A DNA stretch of 64,000 bases from an uncultured Elusimicrobia bacterium (GTDB lineage Bacteria > Elusimicrobiota > Elusimicrobia > UBA1565 > UBA9628), in the NCBI GenBank assembly GCA_964358485.1, contig CAYHPY010000009.1, positions 294 through 64,293 on the forward strand, given 5' to 3'. Shown one piece after another: positions 1-9,127 of this stretch. Below the pieces are notes generated by a model, which was given only the letters and a program-made list of their open reading frames with translations, was not told the DNA's origin and did not search any database. The position numbers were made by a program, and so were the translations under genes. The stretch's first letter is position 1. Each line of letters begins with the position of its first letter.

Positions 1-233
1 CTGATGCCGGCCCGCAAGGAGCCGGCCCCCGCCTGATTGATCTGGTCGGCCGTCTTCTGCCAAACCTCGGCCGCGGCGTCGTAGACGTCCTGGAAGGAGG
101 CGGGGACGGCGCGCCGGGTCCCCTGGCCTTTCTTGGCGCGAACATATTGCTGATGGTTGAGCCCGCCGATCGTCGGCGTCATGCAGCCTGCCATCGCGAG
201 GAAGAGGAGGGCCGGAAGGGTCATTGTCCGCAT
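1..233 (-). CDS. Putative lipoprotein, N-terminal part (runs off the window edge)
   Basis: Hand translation MRTMTLPALLFLAMAGCMTPTIGG... with a lipobox-like MAGC; frame open to position 1; TATAAT lies 5 nt upstream of the ATG. Confidence 0.65.
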   Translation of the reverse strand, partial: MRTMTLPALLFLAMAGCMTPTIGGLNHQQYVRAKKGQGTRRAVPASFQDVYDAAAEVWQKTADQINQAGAGSLRAGI

Positions 234-299
234 GGCCGATTATACCCATTTCCGGGCCTACCGGCGCTGTCTCGAATTGCTATCATTTCGCCATAAACC

Positions 300-1238
300 A
301 TGAATAACGAACAAGAACCCGGAGGTTCCGCCGGCGCCGCCCCGGAACCCGCCCCCGAACCCTCTCTGAGCCCCGAGGAGCGCGCCTCTTCGGCCGCCGC
401 CCTGGCCAAGATCGCACGGCAGGCCTACACCGTCGATTCCGTCCTTTTGATCGATGGGGACAACGACCCCCACCTCCCGCCGGATTTCCCCATCACCGAC
501 CGGACCCTGGTCCGGGTCTTCCTGCGCCCGCTGGCGGCCATGCCGCGCCCGCTGGAGCGGCGCCTGGGACGACTTCCGATGTGCGTGAGCGTGGTTTCCC
601 CCAAGGGAGGGGCCAATTCCGCGGATTTCGTGATGTCTTTGCACGCCGGGGTGCTTCACGCCACCTTGCCCCTGGCCATTCCCTTCACCTTGGTCTCCAA
701 CGACAAGAGCCTGGGGGCCATGGCCCAGGAGCTTCAGCGCATCGGCCGCCGGGCCGAGCTCTGGACGTCCCATCCGGACAACCGTCCGGAGCCCGAAGAG
801 CCGTCGGCCGCGCCGTCGTCAAGCCGCGGTCGGGGACGCGGCGGCCGCGGTTCCAGCGGCGGCGGCGGACGCGGCCGGTCCGGCGGACGCGGCAGGACGA
901 GTTCTCGGTCGGGCCGAAGCTCGGGAGGGCGGTCCTCCGCCCCCGCCCCGAGGCCGTCCGCGCCGGCTCCGGCGCCCAGCGTCGCTCCCGCGGCCGCGGA
1001 AACCGCGTCCCCGGCGGTTTCCTCGAAGAAGGCGTCCCGCAGCATGGCCGACGTCGCGGCCTCTTACGCCCTGCGCCTCAAGCGGGTGAAAAATCCCCCT
1101 TCGCGCCTGAAGGCCCTGCTCAACGACATCAAAAACCGCGCCATCGGCTCCTCGGCCAGCCCAGAGGAGATTCTTGAGGAGCTCAAGCGCGCGCACGGCA
1201 TTGTCATCGATGAGCAGGGGCGCGTCCGCCACGGCTGA
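300..1238 (+). CDS. PIN/NYN-like nuclease-fold protein with RG/S/P-rich linker and C-terminal helical domain
   Basis: LLIDGDN, NSADFVM and LVSNDKSL match the acidic motifs of PIN-like (NYN/PIN7-type) domains; low-complexity RGRGRGGRG linker. Confidence 0.65.
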   Translation: MNNEQEPGGSAGAAPEPAPEPSLSPEERASSAAALAKIARQAYTVDSVLLIDGDNDPHLPPDFPITDRTLVRVFLRPLAAMPRPLERRLGRLPMCVSVVSPKGGANSADFVMSLHAGVLHATLPLAIPFTLVSNDKSLGAMAQELQRIGRRAELWTSHPDNRPEPEEPSAAPSSSRGRGRGGRGSSGGGGRGRSGGRGRTSSRSGRSSGGRSSAPAPRPSAPAPAPSVAPAAAETASPAVSSKKASRSMADVAASYALRLKRVKNPPSRLKALLNDIKNRAIGSSASPEEILEELKRAHGIVIDEQGRVRHG

Positions 1239-1243
1239 CGCCC

Positions 1244-1735
1244 GTGAAGAAAATCCTGGCGGCCGCCATTCTGATCCCCGCTTTGGTCGCGGGTTTTTAC
1301 GCCCTTCGCGCCCAGCACCGCTGGGCGAATGTCGTGAATGAATTTACGCGGACCGAGGTTCTGCTCGTTCCCATCGATCTTTCCACGCTGGAGACCCTGA
1401 AGGCGGCGGTGGAAAAGGACGGAGTGGCCGCCAATGTCGCCGGCATCGCGCCCCAATTCACCTACCTGACGGTCCGGATCGGCGAAAAGAACCTGACCGT
1501 CCGGCCCGCCTATACCGAAAAGCACGCCCCGGTGGGCACGCTGATGAGCGCCGATCCGTTGGGCTTTCTTCGTTCCGCCGCCGATGATCCCAAGGCCGAG
1601 GGCGTGGCCATCAATCCCAACGTCCCGGACGCCCCCTATACCGCGGTGCTTGACCGGGACGGGGTCCTGCGGATGATCAAGTCCCTCAAGCGGCGGGGCT
1701 TGGACAAGCCCGCGCCAACGGTCAAGGTTCAGTAG
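1244..1735 (+). CDS. Membrane-anchored protein, possibly SseB-like
   Basis: N-terminal hydrophobic helix; C-terminal EGVAINPN...AVLDRDGV resembles the SseB-family GxxINP motif. Confidence 0.45.
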   Translation: MKKILAAAILIPALVAGFYALRAQHRWANVVNEFTRTEVLLVPIDLSTLETLKAAVEKDGVAANVAGIAPQFTYLTVRIGEKNLTVRPAYTEKHAPVGTLMSADPLGFLRSAADDPKAEGVAINPNVPDAPYTAVLDRDGVLRMIKSLKRRGLDKPAPTVKVQ

Positions 1736-2643
1736 CGGCCGAGGGCGCGGAGTTGCTCCAGGGCCGGGCTTTCTCCGGTCCCGGTATCGGCGAAGGACGG
1801 CGCCGGCGGCGCGGCTGGTTTTTCCGAATCCGGCGGATTCCAAGAGGCGAAATCGGCCTTGAAGGCCGCCAGGACTCGGCGCCAATGCTCCCGGGCGGCT
1901 TCCAGCCGGGCGCGGCGCTCGGGACCTCGGGCCTCGCGGATCATCTCGTCGACGGGTCGAAGGTGGTCCGATTCCCCGGAATGTTTCCAGGTTTCCAGGA
2001 TCCGCTTGCGCGCCGCCTCCCTCCGGGGGGCGGGAGCCGCGGACGCCTCCTCCCCCGCTTTCTGAAACAGGTTCGCCGCGTAGGCGTCGCGGACCTGCTC
2101 CACGAGACGGTCCACGCCGCCTTCTTCGAAGAGCAGGCGGTAGCGCAGTTCCATCTCGAACGGGGCGCCGGGGAAATTCGGGAGATTGCGCAGAGCGTGG
2201 TGGATTTCCATCTCCTTGAGAAAGGCCTCGCATTCCTGCTCCACCGAAGGGGACAATTCCCAGTCCAGTTTTTGGCGGGCGTGGGTGGCCTCGTGGGCGA
2301 TGACCATGGCCAGAAAGACCGCCCCCTTCTCGACGGTGTCGAGCTCGGGGCCGCCCAAGCGCCGCAGGAGGATGACGGGGTTTCCGTTGGAGTCGGTCCC
2401 GAAGCCCCCGTGGGTGCCGCCGTTCATGCCGCTGAAATAGAGCGTCACCGGCCGCTCGGCGATGAAGCGGGCCAGGGGTTTTCCGGCCTCGATGGAGCTA
2501 AGCGCCTCCAGGGCGCGCATGCGGGTCAGGATTTCCAGGGCGCCGGGCCGGGCCACGGTCTCCGTGGTGGCGGGGCCGGCGGCGGCGGCCGCGGCCAATG
2601 CCGCGAGGGCCAGGAGCGACAATAACGGCAAACGGGGGCGCAT
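1729..2643 (-). CDS. Secreted HExxH zincin-like protein
   Basis: Signal peptide MRPRLPLLSLLALAALAAAAAA; IAHEATHARQ plus downstream EQECEAF. Confidence 0.65.
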   Translation of the reverse strand: MRPRLPLLSLLALAALAAAAAAGPATTETVARPGALEILTRMRALEALSSIEAGKPLARFIAERPVTLYFSGMNGGTHGGFGTDSNGNPVILLRRLGGPELDTVEKGAVFLAMVIAHEATHARQKLDWELSPSVEQECEAFLKEMEIHHALRNLPNFPGAPFEMELRYRLLFEEGGVDRLVEQVRDAYAANLFQKAGEEASAAPAPRREAARKRILETWKHSGESDHLRPVDEMIREARGPERRARLEAAREHWRRVLAAFKADFASWNPPDSEKPAAPPAPSFADTGTGESPALEQLRALGRY

Positions 2644-2677
2644 CACCCCAGTGTAAGCCCGGGGGCGGGCGGACGGA

Positions 2678-2717
2678 AGGGTCTTTGGGCCCCGCAGGGA
2701 TTGGGGCTTAGGACCCT
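2678..2717. promoter_or_regulatory. Two WGGGYC-N4-GRCCYW boxes (2678-2693, 2702-2717)
   Basis: AGGGTCtttgGGCCCC and TGGGGCttagGACCCT, 24 bp apart; the proximal box is 22 nt from TACACT (2655-2650, minus strand). Confidence 0.65.
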
Positions 2718-3961
2718 TCGAGGGTGCGGCGAAACGCGCGGGCCTTGCGGTTGACGGCCGCGGCGAAAGCCCGGTAGCGCCGGGCTCCTTCCGGAGTCCG
2801 GAGCGTCCGCGAATCGTGTTCGATCCACGCCAGGGTCCGCTTGGTCCCGGCGATGTTGCGGCGCAAGGGCGTGATCTGGTCCGCTTCGTAGACTTCGCGC
2901 TGATCCGCGGAGTGTCCGATGGATTCCATGGACCGCAGGACTTCTTCCCGGCGAAGCAGTTCTTTCTCCTTTCGTTTGAGGGACCGGGAGTGCTTGGCGG
3001 CGTTATTCTCCAGTTGGGCGAGATAGGCCTTCAGGTTCGAGCCGATGAGCGGGATGTTTCCCTTGTACTCCTTGCCGAGCCATCGGACGAAATCCGGGAA
3101 GCTTTTCTTGAACTGCTCCAGGCCCTTGCCCTCGAAGCTGCGGGGGCGGATGGGAATGCCGAGCTCGGTCATGACCCGCCAATCGGTCAGGTAGGCGTCC
3201 AATTCCAACTCCAGGGCGTCCGAGGGAACGCCCTCGGATTTTTGGACGACGTGCAGAAGTTCGTGGACCAAGGTCGGGGCGACCTCGATGAGCGGGAGCT
3301 TGCGGTGGACCAGGCTCAGGGTGACGACCTCGGTGTCGAAGTCGTAGGTTCCCAGGTTTGTGATTCTCTGCACTACGACCGTGACGGGGCGGCCGCGCTT
3401 GACGGCCATCGCCTCGACTCGGGCCAGCACGCGCCGGGCGGCGGCCGACCTGGAGGCCTCCTCCAAAACCAGGGACACCCAGAGGGCGTCCCCGGGATCG
3501 GCCACGCTCAGGTAACGCGGGAGGACGGAGTCCGTGAGCGGGAGTCCAGGAACGGACTCCGGGGCGGCGTTCACCGGCAGGGGGCCTTTATTGCGATGAT
3601 CGAAAACGCGGCCGGCGGCTTCCTTGGCTTGATCCTCGGGAGCGGGCGCGGCGTCCGGGGCGGGAAGGAATTCGGCGGCTTGCTCCAAGCCCTCCGAGGC
3701 CGGCCGGGGGGCCGGGGAATCCGGGGATTCGGTTCCGGGGGCGGGGTGAACTTGCCAGCCGGACGGGGTCGCGAGAATCGATTTGAGGCCCGGCAAGGCG
3801 ACGGCCGGCGCCCTGCCCAATCCCGGGGAAAGCGCCGAAGCGGGAAGGGGCCTGGCCGCGAAAACCGACGCCGTGGGGCTGAGCTGGATTCGGACCGGAG
3901 CCACCCGAACCGTTTGCGACCAACCCGCCGCGACCGCCGCCGCCAAAAGCGCGTTTATCAT
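2708..3961 (-). CDS. Secreted HExxH zincin-like protein with Pro/Ala-rich N-terminal region and coiled C-terminus
   Basis: Signal-like N-terminus; LVHELLHVVQ...LELELDAY. Confidence 0.65.
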   Translation of the reverse strand: MINALLAAAVAAGWSQTVRVAPVRIQLSPTASVFAARPLPASALSPGLGRAPAVALPGLKSILATPSGWQVHPAPGTESPDSPAPRPASEGLEQAAEFLPAPDAAPAPEDQAKEAAGRVFDHRNKGPLPVNAAPESVPGLPLTDSVLPRYLSVADPGDALWVSLVLEEASRSAAARRVLARVEAMAVKRGRPVTVVVQRITNLGTYDFDTEVVTLSLVHRKLPLIEVAPTLVHELLHVVQKSEGVPSDALELELDAYLTDWRVMTELGIPIRPRSFEGKGLEQFKKSFPDFVRWLGKEYKGNIPLIGSNLKAYLAQLENNAAKHSRSLKRKEKELLRREEVLRSMESIGHSADQREVYEADQITPLRRNIAGTKRTLAWIEHDSRTLRTPEGARRYRAFAAAVNRKARAFRRTLEGS

Positions 3962-3995
3962 GGCCGCACTTTACAAAAAGCGACGCCCGGGTCGA

Positions 3996-4057
3996 TGGGC
4001 CGGAGGGCCTAGAAGTCAATGACAGGGGGCCCAGGCCGCAATGGGCCCTCCGACCCT
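3996..4057. promoter_or_regulatory. Two boxes in a divergent promoter region (3996-4011, 4042-4057)
   Basis: TGGGCCggagGGCCTA and TGGGCCctccGACCCT; each is 22 nt from a -10-like hexamer (TAAAGT minus strand 3973-3968; CATACT 4080-4085). Confidence 0.7.
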
Positions 4058-4091
4058 CCCCGGGGCCTAGAAACCGGCGCATACTTAGGGT

Positions 4092-5975
4092 ATGAATAAA
4101 TTCCTCACGGTTGCGGCGGTTCTGGCGGCGGGGGCGGTTTCGGCCCAGGAAACCCCGGTGTCCAATAGGAGCAAGTCGGCGGTCCCCCCTCCCCCCGTGA
4201 CTACTGAAAAGATCAAGGAAAATAAAGAAGAATCCGTGTTCCCCGTGGCCCTGAAACTTTCCGAGGACGCCGCCGATTTGGCTCTGCGCTACAGCTTCGG
4301 CTCCCGGAGCTTCCTCCAACTGACCCCCTTCGTCCACGCCGGGGCCTTGGCCCCCTTCGGCGGCACTTCCCATCCCTACTCCATTTTGGACCAGTCCCCC
4401 TATCTGATGGGCGGGGCCAAGCTGGAGCACAGCGGCAATTTCGAGGCCCTGGGAGTGGTGACCGGGGGCTACCTGAACATGCGCTCCCACAAGGGCATCG
4501 CCGACCCGGACGGCGGCGCCGCCTCCCCGGCCAGCTCCCTGCGCAAACAACAGGATTTCAGCCAGAAGTGGATGACCTCCAGCGCCTACGCGGATATGGG
4601 CAAGGTCTTCACGGTTTCTCAAAACGTCAAAACGGCCTTCTGGGTGGCGGCCGACGCCTTCGGCTATCAGGCGCTCGGGGCCGATTCCAAGTACGGCGCC
4701 GGCGACGGCCTCATCGAGGCCAATATCGGAAATCTTTGGATGTACAAAAAAGGACGCAACGAGTTCAGCCTGGTGGGCGACCTCCGTTTGGAAGGGGCGT
4801 CCAAGACCATGTACCGCAATGGGGATTACACGGTGTCTCCGGCCGGAACGGTGGGCGCCGAGTACGCCTATGATCTGGGTTCTTCCCGGATCAAAACCGG
4901 CGTCGAAACCTCCCTGCAGCCCGCCGACCTGGGGATCCGCCCCTACGTGGGCTGGTCCAACTCCAAGGTGGACACCACCTTGGCGGGAAATTTCCGGCAG
5001 AGCCGCAACGACTTTTACCCGGACGTCACGGGCCTTGCCGCCGACGTGAAATACCGGGTGGCCTCCGGCGTGCAGGTCGGCGTGCTGGCCAACTACTCCC
5101 GGGAGCAGTTCTCCATGGCCCCCGGGCCGGAGCAGTACTACAGCGCGATGGGCACGCTCACCATCGAGATCGACCGGCTCTTCAAATCCGAGTCCAGCTA
5201 CCGCGCCCGCCGCGCCCCGGTCCAGAACTACCGGCCCTCGGATTCGACCGAGATGAACAACCGCCTCCCGGGAGACGCCTACGCGGCCACCTTCCGCCAG
5301 GCGCTCCAGTCCTCGGAGAATTTCGACCAGTTCGTCAAACGCCTGCCCATGAACGGCACCGACGACGTCCTCAAGGCGGTCTCGGCCTTCACCTCCTCCT
5401 TCGGCAACAACAACTACAACAACAACGAGGGCAGCCCCGAGAACGTGAACTCGATCGAGGAGCTCTACAAGCGGGGTCGCGCCAGCTACCTGACCGGCAA
5501 GGACGATCCCATCCTGGTCTGCATCGGCTCATCGCAGTTCGCGGCGGTTTTGGCCGAGGAGCTCGGCAAGAAGGCAGGGGTCCCCATCCAGGCCATGGCC
5601 ACCACGGTCTCGGTCCCGGACAAGAAGGGCGTCTCCTCCGGCCACGCGGTGGCCGCCATCAAGACCAAGGAGTACGGCATCGTCTTCGTCGATTGGGGCC
5701 AACTGACCCCGACCCACACCTACGACACCCGCCAGGCCCTGCGGATCTATCAGGCTCTTCAGGGAGTTCCCGAGCTCATGCACGCGGTCACCGACGGCCG
5801 GGACGGGCGTCATGTGGGCTACCTGTTCAGCGAGGAGGGAAAGATCTACGTGCGCAACCTGACCTTCCACGCCGAGATGCCCGAGTCCACCCTGCCCCGC
5901 CTCTTCGAGGACGACCCCCGCGGCCACGACACCTCGATCGGCCGCTACCGCGACCTCACCCGCAAGAAATTCTAA
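4092..5975 (+). CDS. Exported protein: beta-rich N-terminal region plus C-terminal transglutaminase-like (Cys-His-Asp) domain
   Basis: Signal peptide; alternating aromatic/Gly beta-strand pattern over about 300 aa; LVCIGSSQF...GHAVAAIK...FVDWGQ. Confidence 0.55.
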   Translation: MNKFLTVAAVLAAGAVSAQETPVSNRSKSAVPPPPVTTEKIKENKEESVFPVALKLSEDAADLALRYSFGSRSFLQLTPFVHAGALAPFGGTSHPYSILDQSPYLMGGAKLEHSGNFEALGVVTGGYLNMRSHKGIADPDGGAASPASSLRKQQDFSQKWMTSSAYADMGKVFTVSQNVKTAFWVAADAFGYQALGADSKYGAGDGLIEANIGNLWMYKKGRNEFSLVGDLRLEGASKTMYRNGDYTVSPAGTVGAEYAYDLGSSRIKTGVETSLQPADLGIRPYVGWSNSKVDTTLAGNFRQSRNDFYPDVTGLAADVKYRVASGVQVGVLANYSREQFSMAPGPEQYYSAMGTLTIEIDRLFKSESSYRARRAPVQNYRPSDSTEMNNRLPGDAYAATFRQALQSSENFDQFVKRLPMNGTDDVLKAVSAFTSSFGNNNYNNNEGSPENVNSIEELYKRGRASYLTGKDDPILVCIGSSQFAAVLAEELGKKAGVPIQAMATTVSVPDKKGVSSGHAVAAIKTKEYGIVFVDWGQLTPTHTYDTRQALRIYQALQGVPELMHAVTDGRDGRHVGYLFSEEGKIYVRNLTFHAEMPESTLPRLFEDDPRGHDTSIGRYRDLTRKKF

Positions 5976-5976
5976 A

Positions 5977-6045
5977 GTTGGTGCCTGGCATTCATATTCT
6001 TCAAATTCTCCGAGAAAGTGGAGAATATGAATGCCAGGCACCAAC
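5977..6045. repeat. REP/REPIN-like inverted repeat with perfect 24-bp arms between convergent genes
   Basis: GTTGGTGCCTGGCATTCATATTCT (5977-6000) and its exact reverse complement (6022-6045); related copies at 42903, 44606 and 46541. Confidence 0.85.
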
Positions 6046-6051
6046 GATTGT

Positions 6052-7720
<1,669 letters not shown>

Positions 7721-7779
7721 GGACTCGGCGCTCCGTGCGGCTCCCCGAGCGGAGAGGGAGCTTCGCAAGCAGGCGTCGA

Positions 7780-8187
7780 TTATACCATTTTACGCCGAGG
7801 ATGGGCGATGGGGGGGTGGTGGATGAATTGAATGACGACGCCCTCGGGATCGCGGGTGTAGAGGGAGCGCGCGCCGTCGCGGTGGGTTTTTGGTTCCTTG
7901 ATTAAAGGGACTCCGTGAGCCTTCAAATGCGCGGCCCAGGCGTCCACGTCCTCGGCCCGCTTGAGCATGATCCCGAAATGGTCGAGGGCGGAGGTCCCGG
8001 AAAGCGGCTCGTCGGTCCGGTGCAGGGCTAGGTTGTCCAGGTCCCGGATCAGGTAAACATTGTCGCGATCGGGCCGCCATTCCACCCGGTAGCCGAGAAT
8101 TCCGGCGTAAAATTTCTCGGCGGTCTCCAAGTCCCGCACCTTGAGGGCGACGTGTCGGATTCCGAGGGTTTTCGGCGGGGCCTTCAT
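7780..8187 (-). CDS. VOC/glyoxalase family protein
   Basis: IRHVALKVRDLETAEKFYAGILG, LDHFGI and SLYTRDPEG motifs. Confidence 0.88.
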   Translation of the reverse strand: MKAPPKTLGIRHVALKVRDLETAEKFYAGILGYRVEWRPDRDNVYLIRDLDNLALHRTDEPLSGTSALDHFGIMLKRAEDVDAWAAHLKAHGVPLIKEPKTHRDGARSLYTRDPEGVVIQFIHHPPIAHPRRKMV

Positions 8188-8215
8188 CGGGGCAATATAG
8201 TAGAATTGCCGCCCG

Positions 8216-9085
8216 ATGGCAACGATGAAATGCCCGAGATGCCTCACCGAGCAGGCCGATGGCGGGGGGGCGTGCGTCCGGTGCAAGATCGTTTTCTCCG
8301 AATACGGGCACCGGGAAGCCGAGGCTCTGGCCCCGGAGGCGCCGCCCTCCGCGGCCGGCACCGACCGGCGCAAGACCCTGGCCAATGCATTCACCTTCGT
8401 CGTCATCGGCGCGGCCGGGGCGTGGTTGTTCGTGCCGCCCGCCGGCAAGCCCCTGCCCAAAGGGGCCTTCGAGCATCCCCGCTGTTATTTCGCGATGGTC
8501 CCCATCCTGGGCTGGAAGGAGATGCTCGGCGGGATGGGCGTGGGAGCGTGCGGCACCGCGGAGACCATTTTGGGCAAGCCGAAGGTCATCGAAGCCTACA
8601 AATCCGAGGGGGCGGCCGGCGCGTCCGGAGAGCCGGCCACCCTGAGCGTCATCGTCGCGCCCCAAGAATTGCCCTCTCTGGGAAAGACGGTTCCGCCGAC
8701 GCTTGTGGCCTCCTATCCGGTGGGCCTCGGGGATTACTACAATCTTCGGACCGCCGCCAGCGACATCATCGAAGTGGACCGGCTCAAATCGGCCCGCCTC
8801 GTGGCACAGGCCAAGCGCCTGGTCGGGGGCACGGAGCGGGATTTTTCCATTTTCATCGCTTTGGTGCCCGGCCGGGATCGGACCTACATCCTGCGGGGCG
8901 TGACCGAGGACTCCTCGGTCCTCTCCCGTTGGCAGATCGCGTTGGATTCCTTCCGCGTCACCCAGCGGCCCCTCAACTATTCCCACGGGATCAAACGGGT
9001 CATCGAGGGGCAGATCGAGGATAAGCTCATCGGCCTGGTGATTGCCGCCGCCGTGGTGTATTGGCGGCTGATGTTCAAAAGCTAG
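8216..9085 (+). CDS. Zinc-ribbon membrane protein
   Basis: CPRC...CVRC N-terminus, one TM segment after it and one at the C-terminus. Confidence 0.65.
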   Translation: MATMKCPRCLTEQADGGGACVRCKIVFSEYGHREAEALAPEAPPSAAGTDRRKTLANAFTFVVIGAAGAWLFVPPAGKPLPKGAFEHPRCYFAMVPILGWKEMLGGMGVGACGTAETILGKPKVIEAYKSEGAAGASGEPATLSVIVAPQELPSLGKTVPPTLVASYPVGLGDYYNLRTAASDIIEVDRLKSARLVAQAKRLVGGTERDFSIFIALVPGRDRTYILRGVTEDSSVLSRWQIALDSFRVTQRPLNYSHGIKRVIEGQIEDKLIGLVIAAAVVYWRLMFKS

Positions 9086-9127
9086 CGATATCCCGCCCCT
9101 CGCCGGAATTGGTATAATCGGGGCCCC

